Shown: piece by piece, positions 15,001-28,942 of the stretch
Numbering within the stretch: position 1 is the first letter of the stretch
How the letters are laid out: each line of letters opens with the position of its first letter
Source: Lingula anatina
Taxonomy: Eukaryota > Animalia > Brachiopoda
Reading direction: 5' to 3'
Length of the DNA: 64,000 nt
Assembly: GCA_051362555.1 (NCBI GenBank)
Contig: CM120642.1
Span: 6,944,001 to 7,008,000 of the forward strand
Notes under the pieces: model-generated
Databases searched by the model: none
What the model saw: only the letters and a program-made list of their open reading frames with translations
What the model was told of the DNA's origin: nothing
Program-made: the position numbers and the translations under genes

Positions 15001-18000
15001 CACAGCTGAAAGTTTTCAGGGAAATTAGAAGGAAAAAAAACGCTGCCAAATCCAATTAGGCTGTGTTTGTGTATGGCAGTCCTCCTCATTCAGCACTCAA
15101 ACACTCAATTAACACTCTGTCTATGATTACTGAGAGCTTTAACTGACCAAACAACGAGCTGTGGGGATTAACAATCTCACCTTAACATCTGTTGACCTTT
15201 TGGCTGTTTTTTCCTCCAGATTTTTGTGCTGTTAATGGGTAGCTGGTGGAGCAAATCATGCCTAATTATATGCAGTTACGAGGACAGCTTCATAGCGCTT
15301 TTAACATGTAAATGTTGAAAAGAATGACATAAATGTATAAATGAGATAATTGAATGTAAATATTTTAGTGGAAATGGGATTAATTAGAATGCAGAGAAAC
15401 ATGGTCAAGCAAGAAGCTTTAGAACTTCTTGGGTCGAGTTACTTTTTTGTTGTTGGGAAAAAATGAGAAAAAATAAGCACGCTAAGGACTTTGGCACATT
15501 TTCTACATGACTGCAAACATGCTTTTAGTACTACAAGTCTTGGTAAAACATCCGCATTGCAGTGACAAAAACTAACAACAAAAATAAAACAAAAACATGG
15601 TTTAATAATCTTGAAGTGATTGAACTTTTTATTTACAGTCACCATTAGCAAAAATTAACCCAGATGCTGAAAGAGAACACTCCCTTGTCAAGAAAATATT
15701 TTTCCACATTTTGATCACATTTTTAGGTGAAAGCCCACCCAAAATGGCATTAAGTGCTTGCATGGGATACAGCTGCCACTTTCTGCCAGATTACGTAAAA
15801 GATCTTATGAATCCATAATATTATAAATAATGCAATGACCCTTTTATTTCACGTCCTGATTTCTTCCCAAAACCCATAAAATGCTATTATTTAGTACATT
15901 TTTACAGACAAAGTGAAGTTACAAGGAACAAAACACACTAAAATTCATCCCATTAATGCATCAGTACAACAACAACAGCAACAAAATACCATTTCATCTA
16001 AGGGTTCACTGAACCATCTTAGCAACTTTACCATGCTGTCTGCATACAGCATCAACTTCACCATTAGATAACACACTCAAAATAGACCCAAGTCAAGAGG
16101 GATTTTTTGTCAGAAGTCAGTTGGATGCTCTGTGTATCAACAATATGCAATGAGGCACACGTCTGGGGTCTTTAAAAGACTCAAACTGACTTCAATTTAC
16201 AGGAATGTCTTTCCTCAACACAGCACTCCATCATCAACAGACATAAACAAACTTGAAACAATTTATAGTCATTATTAAGAAAGCCTAGTACATCATTACC
16301 TTAGCTTTCAACCTCTTGTTTGCGCTTTCAAACTCTCGCTTAAGTGGCAACCATACTGAGAGGTATTTTTGCTCTAATGAGAAAAGTTAATTTACTGAAT
16401 ACAGTTCAGCAGTCTGCAACAATGCCAGTAAGTGCTCTATGTCTGCCTGAAGAAATATCTCCCTTTTTCATGTTTCCTAAAGCACTGGCTGGGCATTATG
16501 TACGAGTGTTTGTTTTTAAGAGTCTGCTCCTTGATGTATCAGTAACAGTATAATTTTGCATTTAATGAAAAAAAAAAGAAAAAAAATTGATTTGTCACAT
16601 AATTTCCTGGCAGTTTTACCCCCTGTGATTTAACTTGAAGACTGCATTTTCTGCTCGAAGCAACAACTTATCAGCCCAAGTAGCATACCTTACTGACTCT
16701 TAAATTTTTTCGATAACTCACTTTCTGTTGGCAACTTGTTACAAGCATTTCTCCGTCCTCCTCGAAGCAATTATCATAGGGCATTTTCCACATGAGCACA
16801 CATGGACCACAATTATCCCTGAAACATCTGTCTCCAGGCTCCATCAAAAATCATGCCCCTTTTTTGAAGCAGGATTCAGTTACTGACAAAAAAGAACAAC
16901 CATCAAGCGAAAAGCCATTTTCCAATTTGTTTTCAAACCATTTTCTCCTAATGATTTCTGTTCAGGATGATAGGGCCCTCTTTAGCTGGGTTGTCGAAGT
17001 TTAAAGAAATCTCTAACTTAATGAATTTGCAAGGGCTTATAATTATAAACTTTAGCATAAAACATTGGTCTAAACTTTAAGACCAAAAATTAGGTCAAGT
17101 TTGACCAAGTAGCATAAATATATCTGACTTGTTTTGTTACTTAAGACGTGGCTATGGCGAAAGACTTACTTATTAGAGTGGAAAATTATGCATTTATCTT
17201 TAACTGTAGTAGACCACATTTATCAATGAGTTAAAATTAGTTGACATTATTTTGTGAAACTAACCTCAGTCAAAAGAATAACTATGGTAAATACAGTCTA
17301 ACTTCAAGCTTCAAAAGTAATTTTTTTGCCTTTCAAGTTAACCTGTTCTTCAACATACCAATTTTTCAGAGGTAGCTCTTAGTTTAATGAAAGGGAAAAT
17401 TACTAATAGAGTAGCTCTTGATGATCTCTCGGCTGGACGAATTTCTTATTATATTTGTGCAAAAAGGGAATTACTGTAATAGCCACTTAGGGGAGCTATT
17501 AAAAAACAATAAACTAATTTCATTGAACTCGTATCAACAAACCACAAGAATAAGCATTTCATACGATTTTCTAATTTAATCGAACATACATTCAAATGAC
17601 TTCTTTTTATTTTGCTTTCTCAGTATATAACGTTATTCAAAGCTGCTTCCAATTTCATATGTTTGAATCGTTTGCAAAATTGAAGTATCTTCAGTTGCAC
17701 ATGAAAGTCAAACACAAAATTATCAGTGTTCTAGAAAAAGCAGAGGTCCCCCTCTCCAATGTCTCAGTCTTTGACATCTGCTTGCATGTGACCACATATT
17801 ACCAGAATACACTACAGTTAACCTAAAACTGTCAAAAGCGGAAATAGGACTGTTTTCCGCATACAGAAAAAGCTCTTCCTTAATCCATAACACTAAATTC
17901 AGCAAGTATTTGCAACACAACTGTGTTGTGTCAACTTCTTCCCCATCAACAAATGCTTTCAGCTGCCGTTCCTGTATGTTTTATAAATAATTCGGAATGA

Positions 18001-21000
18001 AAAAAACAAGCATGCTCCAAAACAAACTGCATGCCCTGAATGTACAGACATTCTGAACTACTTTCTTCTGTTTCATAAAACAAAAAAGTCTGAAATAATA
18101 TTAGGTGAAGTCATACAACAAACTACCAGTGATATTAATTTGTAATTAGAAAAAAACACCAGATGTACAAAAAAAGATTGCAGTTGCCAGTGTTATTTTC
18201 TTTTCTGAGGCACATGAATCTCATCATCTACAGCTACATAACACACAAAGAATATCAACCTTTACCACACTACAATAATACCCTAACAAATTTTGATTAA
18301 CCGAGGAGCAATATCACTCCTTTTGTAGGTTATGCTTCAACACAGACAAGTGTTACATATACTCATGAATATAAACACAAGTGAAGCCACATACACTCAT
18401 ACATAAACAAGCAAACACATGCACGCGCATGCACAATCACATGCACACAAACACACAAAGCACTGATCTACTAAATTAAAAGAATATATTGGATAATAGA
18501 ATAGCTAAGATGAGGAATGATACATTTAATGTGATGTTAGTTTTCCTTGTTTTACCACTGGTCACTGTTAACTGTAGTGGACACAGTGGACCCCAGGTGA
18601 CCGACCCACCTGCCACATTCCAAATAGTAATTCAACTTGGCGACACAACTGTACCGCCATTCATTCAAGGGGCAGAGGCTGATGCATAGGAAATTATTTA
18701 ACTGACTCTCGCTGTGATTACGACAAATATCATTCTTTGACAGCATAGTCCACTGGTTGTGGCTCGGATCATTTCCACAATTATTAACCTAGATGTTAGA
18801 CTCTACTGCTGAGCTCACTAATCAGCAGTTCAGGACCTAAATAGTCACCATTTCCAGAATTCAGAAAATAAAAGAAGTCAGTCATCTGCCATTTTGTCCA
18901 AGTTTTTAAAAAAGCAAAACACTTTTTTATCTTCATTAAGTTGGGAAAATGACAATGCTTTTCCAAGCTTTTCTTTCAAAACTGCAGTGTATAAATCTTA
19001 TGATGATGAATTATTATCACCGTATAGTGTAGTTCACTGTTATATTGTTGTGAAGTATAGAATAACATAATTTTAGAACAAGTACGGAAGTCAAACATCT
19101 TGACCAACCACTTGCTGTGGAATTACAGGAAAACACCATTCCAGAGCCTGTTAGTCAACTTCTTAAGAAAACTCTCACTGAGTGGTTGTTGTAAAAATTA
19201 AATTCCGGTGCCCAAAATCGCATCACGCTCTCACCAGGGTTCTCCAAACTTGTACTCCGTGACCCCCGGAGCTGCTTATCCCTGTGACTATTTACTGGTC
19301 ACACGGGTCACCCTCGCCTTTCATCTCTGACCCCTAGCTTGTCGTCCCTTTAGCAGGATCAAGAGCAGGGATAATAGGACCAATTACCAGAGTCGTGCAG
19401 TGATCTATAGTTTTCTGACAGTCGTCTTGGGGTTGGTATGTCGAGGCATACCTCACACTAAGCTCCCTTCAGAAATAAAAAAGGTCGTCTTTTTAGTAAT
19501 CCCTGAGCACATGTTTCGTATCAAAGATCAGATCGCTATGTTCCCTTCAGGGAATCCATAATACAACTTTGTGGTCTTTTAAGTAATTCAGGCTACACAT
19601 GTTTCATATCTGAGATCTGATCAGTGATAAGAATTAAAAGAGTGAGAGGAAATACACTGTAGGCCATGGATATGTCGTAGATTATAAGGACATTGCTCTC
19701 CCAAGATTGTGACAGGTCGAGTTGAAAAATTCTTTCATGACAACCTACAGAGTGTATGTGATGTGTATTTTGTAGGAAAGAAGCCATCTTTTGTTTAAGA
19801 AATCCATCATTTGAGTCATAAAGAAAATGAAGTGCTTAGATTCAAATAAAGTTGATCAGGTGGGATCTTACCACATACATGAACACACATAATTAGTCAG
19901 AAAAAGTTTTTTAATGGATATGCTTATGTAAGTATATCACTTATGCTTCTTAAGAAATCCAATGGGTATCTTCCTCTATCTGTTTCCTAACTGTGCAGGA
20001 TAAAAGACATTACCATATGCCTGTAGACAAGAATTTCTAAAGGGGGATTCTTTTTCTGTAAAAGTGCACCTTTTTTATCCACTTAGTTGACCCAACCTGA
20101 GAAATGGCCAAAAAAAATGATATATTAATTCTGAGCAGACCTTTTTGGCTAAAAAGGTGGTTCTTTAGAATTCCTGGCCCCCCTCCTCTTTCCTATGGGG
20201 CTGATTACCAGTGACATGATATCATTATTTACAGCATACACATCCTGACCACTTGAAAATGAACAGAACATCTAATTTAAAACAGGAAGAAGCCTGTCTG
20301 ACAAGATAAAGGAACTTGCCAGTTTAGAAGGAAAGTCATAAAACATATCACTAGCAATAATGGCAGATAATTCCAAACCTGAAGTGACTGATAACACCCG
20401 ATAAAAGAAAATGCCAGAAACGTAGAGCAAAGGATAGATAATTTTTTAGAGTCTGACCTAAGATCTTTACACTGGTATGCTTTGCAGCTGGTCAGTGTTT
20501 GAATGGTCAACTGAGGTCAGATTGGAGTTGAAGATGACCAGTGCACCCTGACTGTCACAATGTGTTTTCATTTTTTTTTTCTTCATTAAGGATCCATTTT
20601 TTAGGAGGGGAGAGCAAACTAAACAAATTATCTTCTAAGCAATAAGTATCCGTTCCTCTCTATCTCTCTCTCAGTTATCAGACAGAGGTCAACTGGGGTC
20701 ACATTCCAGTGCATAAATCACACTCTTCCCCCTCCCCCCTCTGCTTTACCTGTGTATGAAGTGTGCCTAGGTGCATGCAACAGCAGCATACCTCACCTGG
20801 CCAGAACAATGACATTATTTTAGTCCATCAATTTAATGAGAAGTGTTATCTCGGTCTAACCTGTTATTTCCTAGAACTTATCCTATCAAGTCGTTTCCAT
20901 TCATAATGCTTACTGGACATCATGATATCCTCTCATACATATACCTGGCCAGGGCCCAATAGGATTCTTACTGTTATTAGGGAGGGGAGGGATTCTAGGC

Positions 21001-23455
21001 TCTAACCCCCCTTTTCCCACGTATGTACAGACTTAAGACTTGCTCTGGGTGCCATCCCCTCATATTCTGATCTATTCATTGTTTGATACAAAGCTCTCCC
21101 CCCCCCCCCCCTCCCCAACACACGAGGGCTGTCCTCGGGTAAATTTATGAATATGAGCCAGGCGTGTGTAAAACTAATTTTATCACAATTGCTTTTACAC
21201 GTGACCCTGCCCTCTGTCCAGTTAGGTAGGGGCAGACACACTTCATACTCACTTTAAACACTACCTCACTGTCTTCTCTAACAATATCATTCACTATTAT
21301 CACCCTGCACATCACATTGGTATGTATTTAATGCTAATTAAATAGGCACTGCCCCCTTATATTTTAGATAGACAATTGTGCACTATTTCTGTTTGAAGTA
21401 GCCTAACTGTGGATCATTTGTTAGGGGAAGCTTATAATAACACTGAACATATCATAATCTGCATAATGTCCCAGCTTCTGTATTAATTGTCAATTAAAAC
21501 TGCACTGCCTTCTTATATTTTAGATAAGCAATTGAGCATATTGTCCTCTTTATTTAGCTCAGTGGAACACCTATAAACTGACTTACTATGGACTTTATAA
21601 ATTTTTCTTTTATATTACATTCTTCTTTACATTATTTGTACTTGTACATGTATACCATTCTGTACTAAAATAATGTGTAGAATAGAGGGCTTGAAACATA
21701 CCATGTACAAATTAGACCTGAATAAACCATAAATCTCGTTATAATGCACCCCCCCCCCCCCCCCCGCACCTTTCCTGAGAAACTGCCCTGTTCATCTAAC
21801 CCATGACTTTGATGATATTTGTGATAACTTCAATCAATATGAACTGTACCTGTGCCAATATGTATCTTTCTACCGACTGACACCGTGCCAGTGCATTTTT
21901 AACCCGTAAAACATGTTCCACAACATGCACTCCTATATCGCACACATCGTGATTAAGTGGATTATGAAATGTGTGATACTCAATTTTTTCAATGAAAAAT
22001 ACAAATTCATCAATACAGTAAAATATTCCGCGTCCAAACCCAAAGCATTTAATCAATGCTATCCAGTGAGAGAGTGCAGACGAGATGCCATTCATAACCA
22101 CTGAGAATTGATATCATCTAATATTTATCATGATCTTTAAAAACTGCCACAGGAGATAATTATCAATCCTGGAAACATAAGGCAACAAGGAGTTTGAACT
22201 TTTCTCACATGCTGAGCCTGTCACAAACACGTCCTTCAATTCCTCAGTCATGACAGGATTTTAACATTCCTGAGCAACTTTACTTTCTTTATCAGTGCTT
22301 TCACTTGAATATATAGTTAATGTATTTCAATGCAGCAAAATGTGGTGCAAAGTATTGGTCTGACAAGTGCCTAATAACAACTCATGATCTGAGATTAATT
22401 TAAATGCTAAATTATAATATAACAGTATTTATAATAATAAATGTAGGATATATAAATAACATGCATGCACTGTGAGAATCAAAACCTTAAATGGACCTTT
22501 CCACACTAAATGTGTATTACATAATCCCATTTAATGTCTCATTGCCGATGACTCCTTATTAAAGGCATGTCATATATAACAATGCACAGGTAGCTATTCA
22601 TATAGTATTTTTCTACCAGTTGATGTGTATATTAATGCACAGGTTGTAGAAAGGGACAGATAGATAACTCGCCTGAAGGAAATTGTCCTCACCGACAGTA
22701 ATAACAGAAACAGACACCCCTGCCTCAATGACGAGAAATGTCATATATCTTTACATTTGTACATCAAAGAATGGGTCTTTCATCACATTTAGACAGTGAC
22801 ACTGATAAAATGTCCTCACTCTGTCATGGTTGAAGACACAAATAACATTGTGTCAAAATGTCAGATATTTTTATTTGGCGTATATGTTAAGCAAATCTAG
22901 ATTGAAATAAATCCTAAGGACAAGGTTGTCCATGACATCAAACGTAAATATGTGTGTGGACAAAGATAGATGATGATTTTATGCCCACCATCCCATCATG
23001 AGCATTTGAAATGAAAGGGTAAACTATTTTTAACCACATCTAAAGGTATATTTCACATGAGCCTTGTTTTGATATTATCAAGAAAGGTTTTCCTATTCTT
23101 CAAATGTCTATGTAAACCATCATCATTAGTTGACACGGTCATTTGTTTTTGAAGACCGATTGTATCCGGCATTGTTGTTGATATGGAATCTTCCCTCTTT
23201 GAGTCAGTCCTTGATGGATTTTGTAGTGAGGTAGTTATGCAGATTGTTTGTGGAAAACACAGGGTAGATATTGTAGAAGTTTTTATACCCCCTATATGTA
23301 CATGGAGATGAATTTTGGCTATAATAGCTGAATGATTCCATAAATTAAGCTTTAAAATGTCATTTCCCTCATTTTTCTTCACCTGTCTCTAATTCTCCTC
23401 CCTAATGGCCAATGACTGACAGGCGAGTTGATCTACAATCTGTGCTACCCCCCAT

Positions 23456-23482
23456 TTCTCTCTCTCTCTCTCTCTCTCTCTC
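23456..23482. repeat. (CT)n microsatellite
   Basis: Direct reading. Confidence 0.9.
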
Positions 23483-23851
23483 ATGATATAATTATACAGC
23501 AGCAGGCACTGTTGAGTAATAGCACAAAAAAAAAGATTCCACAATAACATGAAGGACAGCCATTAGAGGTACATCAAGTTCCTCCATGTGACCAGAAGTT
23601 CTATCCCTCTTTGAGCGGGATCAGTATCACAATTAAAAGTTTTCATTCACACTTGTGATTGACAAGCAATTTTCTTCCTCTATTTTCTAAAGAACTAAAG
23701 TCCCCCATCCAACCACAGTGCCATCATCTGGGTGTCACATTAAGAGACAAGCCATGATTGCTATCAGTTAATTCTGAATGACTTCAGTTTGATGCAAGTT
23801 GATATGTCCATTCCACTGGCTAGTTAACTTTGCAGAGATATTGACTTATTT

Positions 23852-24399
23852 AGAGAGCATTCTCAACGAATTAAGCCAGGCTTTACAAAGCCGGTGACCT
23901 AAAAATGGCGGACGTACATGAAAGAAAAACCGCCTAATCTTTTAATAGTCTCTCCGCCTCCCCACACGTCGTCCCTGCGGGGTACAGTAATTAAATTGCG
24001 TCTCCGTTCGCCATGCGGAAGCTACCTAAGAAATATTAAGTGCGCATGCTCATCAGTTAAACTCGTGGTGAAGAAAGCATGGCGGCTGAAGGCGATCGAA
24101 GGAAAAAAGCTCTTCTGTTCTATCATCTTTGAAAACAGAGACGAAAAAGGAATAATTTGGCCCGTAGAGCAGCAATGAATCGACTATCTATGGAGATAAT
24201 ATCACCAGAGATATTCACGGAAATATTAATGTTCGGAGCCGAGATTTAATTACTGTACCACGCAGGGACGACGTGTGGGGAGGCGTGTGAGAGGCGGAGA
24301 GACTATTAAAAGATTAGGCGGTTTTTCTTTCATGTACGTCCGCCATTTTTAGGTCACCGGCTTTGTAAAGCCTGGCTTAATTCGTTGAGAATGCGCTCT
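23852..24399. mobile_element. Non-autonomous DNA transposon (MITE) with about 145-bp terminal inverted repeats
   Basis: 23852-23996 is the near-perfect reverse complement of 24244-24399 (about 11-bp extra segment in the right arm). Flanked by direct repeat TATTT (or TTATTTA depending on end choice). CpG-rich relative to its surroundings. Confidence 0.92.
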
Positions 24400-27300
24400 T
24401 ATTTACTGGGCTATAAGACTTCTGATGTTCAGTGGCTAGTTTCATCGTACAAATTTAACCTTCAGTTCCAGGGAAAAAAATGGTAATGATGAGAAAGATG
24501 TTCAATACATCTGAAAGTCTTACTGTATTTAATAAAAAAATGTGCATATTTATATTTGAGCATGTTTATTTGCTCATCACAAATTAGACAAGATAATTTA
24601 TATGGCAACACATAAAATATGAAAACAATATCATTTCTACATGCTGAGGGTTCACATTTAACACCAACCCCATAGATTGTCACACTTTGAAATATATAAA
24701 AATGTCACAATCACTTTTTCATATAGCCAGCATCAGTACAGTGAACAAAAAGGCCATTTGGGTGAAAATGTCCATGGTGTAATGGAAAGTGGTTTGCCAA
24801 AGGTCATCATCAGAGATCACTTACAGGTATCACTTACTATCGCATGCAGGCAAAGGTGATATCGCCCAAACCAGGGAGATTTACCTGGTGTCAGCTTACC
24901 ACCCCCTTTCACAATACAGCATTCATAATTAACCTAACTTCACAACAAAGGTAGGAAAATGTTGTGATTCCTGCTGCATAACCAGCAGGAAAAGTGAGAA
25001 TGAGACACCGTTTGATCTAGCGGCTGTGTAATCAGTTCTCTCACACATTTTTATGACAAGATTTGGAACGGGGAGATTAACTGTTCGACTCCATGGTGAA
25101 TTCACACAGGTGAAAATGAAACTGGTTCCAGAACACTCCATTTGTCACACATAATCCCCCATTTTCAACAATCAAGCCGTTGCCAGCCAAGCAGCAGTCC
25201 ACCTCCATCTGACTACACTCCATTCAATCATGATGCTGGGCTTGCAACTGTCTTTTTACAATGGCAATGAACAGAATGTTTTAGAACCAGCTTATTTCTA
25301 AGCTGTGTGAATGATCCATTGGTCTATTGTGGTGACGCCCATATCTCGGCACTAATAACACTAAGGTGTACATAATAATCCCACTCATAATGACAATTTC
25401 TTGTACCTGTACAAAAACTAATATATCTCGGGCTGTTAATTAAACCAAACATGAAACCTGTTAACAAATGACAATGCCTAGGATCTGTGGAATCACTTAA
25501 TGGAGCCTAATGACTATTTCCTGTACCTTCGCATTTCAACTAGCCAATCTAGACTAGACTAGACTAGCCAGAAGATTCCAGCTATTAGCGAATATTTTCT
25601 TATCTCTTCTTTGGAAAAAGCACTTAAGGAGATGCGTCCGGGTGTACAGAAGTATGGATAAGTATGTCACTTTTTTCTGAATGAAAATACACCATTGGTG
25701 ATCCAAAACCAACGCAGTGCTACATTTTATTAGTCCAGTAAGTGAAATAGATTTTTTTTAAATGTCCAGTGCTGTAAATGAATATCAGAGCTGCCATATG
25801 CCCACTACCCAGAGTGGACAGGGTATGTAGGTGTTTTAGGACACTGACCATTGACCATAGAAGGGTGTGGTGACTCAAGACAGTGACCAATTAATGTAAT
25901 GTATGGCATATTGTGAAAATAGCTGACATCAGGAATTTTAGGTATTGTTTTCTTATGCTGGCAGCCAAAACATTTGGCAGCATCTGTCTTGGGAGTCTGT
26001 GTTTTTACTGCAATCAAGTGCATGTATGCCCATCATCTCTGTGGCTTGGAGGGATTTCTCTCTCAAAGTTGGAGGTAAAGAAAAAGTAAGATGGATTGAG
26101 AAATTTCTAGAGGGAATGAGAGACAAGGCTGATTTGAAAGCATTCTAGTTTTATCAAAATTTAATTGAAGATTGAGTATGATCAGCAGACATGTAAAGTA
26201 AATATTCTAGAGAGAAGGAGAGAGGGAGAGAGAAGGAGATGGAGAGAGAGAGCGAGGAAGGAAGAAAGCTGATCAACAGCACTTAATGACTCTCCTGCAA
26301 AAATTTTAATAGCAGTCGCCTGGGTCATCTGACCATCAAGTGGACACCCATCCTAGCATGCTGTCACTCCATGTAACAAATGATTATACAAAATGGCATG
26401 TTATATTATTCCCATTATGGCCATACAGTAGGTAAAATTCAGCACCACTTGAGCATGCCTGACATACCTAGGACCCCCAGCTCCATCATACTTAACCTCA
26501 TACAATATGAAAATATCATCCATCATTTCAAATGTGAAATTAAGATAACGTACAGGCCTGCTCCATAATTTTCTCAATAAAATTGGATAGATTGCATCTG
26601 TGACAAAACGCTTGAATGTGAAATCATGTTAAGGTGCTGCAGGGGGTTTTAATCAACTGTTACATCACTGTGTGTCAGTGTCATACTGTTAGGAGACTAA
26701 GGTGAAGGGCTGAGGACAAGTAAAACTGAGAAATATGTTGCAATTGTCAGAAATAAAATATCAAAATATTAATTCTTTTATAAGTTACTTCTTATTACAG
26801 AATTTTAACTAGTCACACATTGCAGGTAATAAAGTACATTATTTAATCAGGAAAGGATGTTGATTTGTCCATTTGCTAAGAAGTCAAGATGAGCACACAG
26901 GCATAAGCTTATATAACTACACAATATCTTCTTTTATAAAATGAAATCAAAAATGGAAAGTGAAAAAATGGAGGGACTGGTACGAAATCCTTGGTTCTTA
27001 TGCTTTACAAAGACAGGTTTGATTGACATCAGCCCTAAGTAAACCTTAGTAAGTTTGTGCCCTGGCACAGGTATAATTATGAGACCACCTGGATTCAAGA
27101 AGAGAAATCAGGCATGCAAAGGTGCATGTTAGTCCGTCAGTCAGTCGTCAGCCATTGGGACAGTCCAGATCCATGCTGGTGGTCAGTGATGTTTGTCCAA
27201 ACTGTGGACAAATTTACCAATGCTAATGTTGTAACTTGGGCAAACAGCAGTGTAGAGAGAAAGTAAACTTCCAAACAGAGTCCAAGGCGGTTTTTAATTG

Positions 27301-28883
27301 GAAGAGGACAGCTTGGATAAATATGGGCTTTGTTTTCAATGGATTTTCTTCCTGATGTTGTTCCCATATCTTCAAAAGAGATGCACACTGACTTGGGTTT
27401 ATCATTCATTCAGAAGATTTTGCGGTGTTAAGTGGAGTAGGCGGACCCTTTAATGAACACAGAGCGGGCCCCATAGAGCAAGCGTTCTAAAGGTAAAGTA
27501 GTTTTGAGTCGGTGGTAGATTGTATCAGTCTTCATGGCACAGGGGGAAGGCCATTTAAAAACTGATATCAAGATTAAAAAGTTCATAGGTTACCATAAGA
27601 AGTAATGTCTAATTCAGTTATCAGGTATTTGGACCACTTTAATAACCATTTTAACCACCAAGTTTAACTGTTGCTGGCATGCTGCATAGTGATAATGAAA
27701 GTAAATGTATGGATAGGAGAAAGGGACACTTTAGTGTGGCAAACAGAAGCCAGTTTTCATTTTTCCTTTTTTATGTTTTAAGAAAAGTTGATCTTTTTAT
27801 TTATTTATCATTGACCAACATTACTGTCTCCAAATCAAAAATTAAACATCTTTATTCATAAATTCTATAATTGCCTTAATTTTATCATTTTTCTTTCCCT
27901 TTGGTATAACTCAAGTACAGGTTTACACTGAGAAAGAATAAAGTAAGGCAAAAATTATGTGAGTTTGATAAAATAAGGAACATTTCTTATTTAAAACTTA
28001 AGTACATGGTGAAATTTTATACCATCAATTAGTTTTTTCTACTCCTACTTGAGTAACTAGTCTTCCCAAATAGAATATATGAAGACAGATCAGTGGTGAC
28101 ATGGTATTTCATCCATCTATGCAGAAAGAGAAAAAATATAAGAATTATATTCAAACAAACAGCTAAAAAGCTCAAGGGACTATTTAACCAGTAGTTAACC
28201 ATATGTGATAGAAGTGAAGCATATATGGCTTTATATCATGGGCATTATGATGCAGAAAATCAATAGGCCCTAGCTGATAATAATTTGACTGATGTCTATA
28301 TACCTATAACTTATTGGGGCAAATTCTACATAGCAGGATCGAGCAGACTGAACTTTCTGGATGTAAGCCAGTGTATTTTGTTTATCTCCTTCTCATGTCA
28401 TTTTTTGGTCATTCAACTCTTCCAAATTATATACAATTTTAGTTGCTGAATTTTTCGAGTATTATTTTGCCTTAGTTTTATGTAGGCAAGGAAAAAAATG
28501 GAGCATGCATGTAAAGATAGATGCCATATTAACCTCAAAAAGTACAGTTAGATAGGTAGCATGGCGACTTTGTTTACCAAGGTTTGGAACAGAAAATGTT
28601 ACTCACTAAGGATACAGCAGGATATCTTAGGAAAATACTCCCGTATCTACTACACAGCATGGAGTTTACATTTTCTCTCAAATGCCAAACAAGAGTTGCA
28701 AGGGTATTTCTAGACATCCCTGCTTTTGTTGTGGATTTAGAGATGTTGTATCATTCTTTCTTTTTTTCTTTCTGTCTTCCTTTCTTTTTTTTATTTTCAA
28801 TTTTTTTAGTTGCTCTCCTCACTTGCTTATCCCTACAGAATAGCATGTATATAGTTTTATAATATTTCTCTATCTCCCTCTTT

Positions 28884-28899
28884 CCCTCCCCCCCCCCCC

Positions 28900-28937
<38 letters not shown>

Positions 28938-28942
28938 CTCTT
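28884..28942. repeat. Poly-C plus (CT)n low-complexity tract
   Basis: Direct reading. Confidence 0.9.

Noticed and set aside
23918-24178. 86-aa ORF as a transposase
   Set aside because: It starts within the MITE TIR and has no transposase motifs.
25805-26023. LESPHPS as the DARS2 LESAHHPFT motif
   Set aside because: Lacks HHPFT and the upstream WVxDFPLF; chance similarity.
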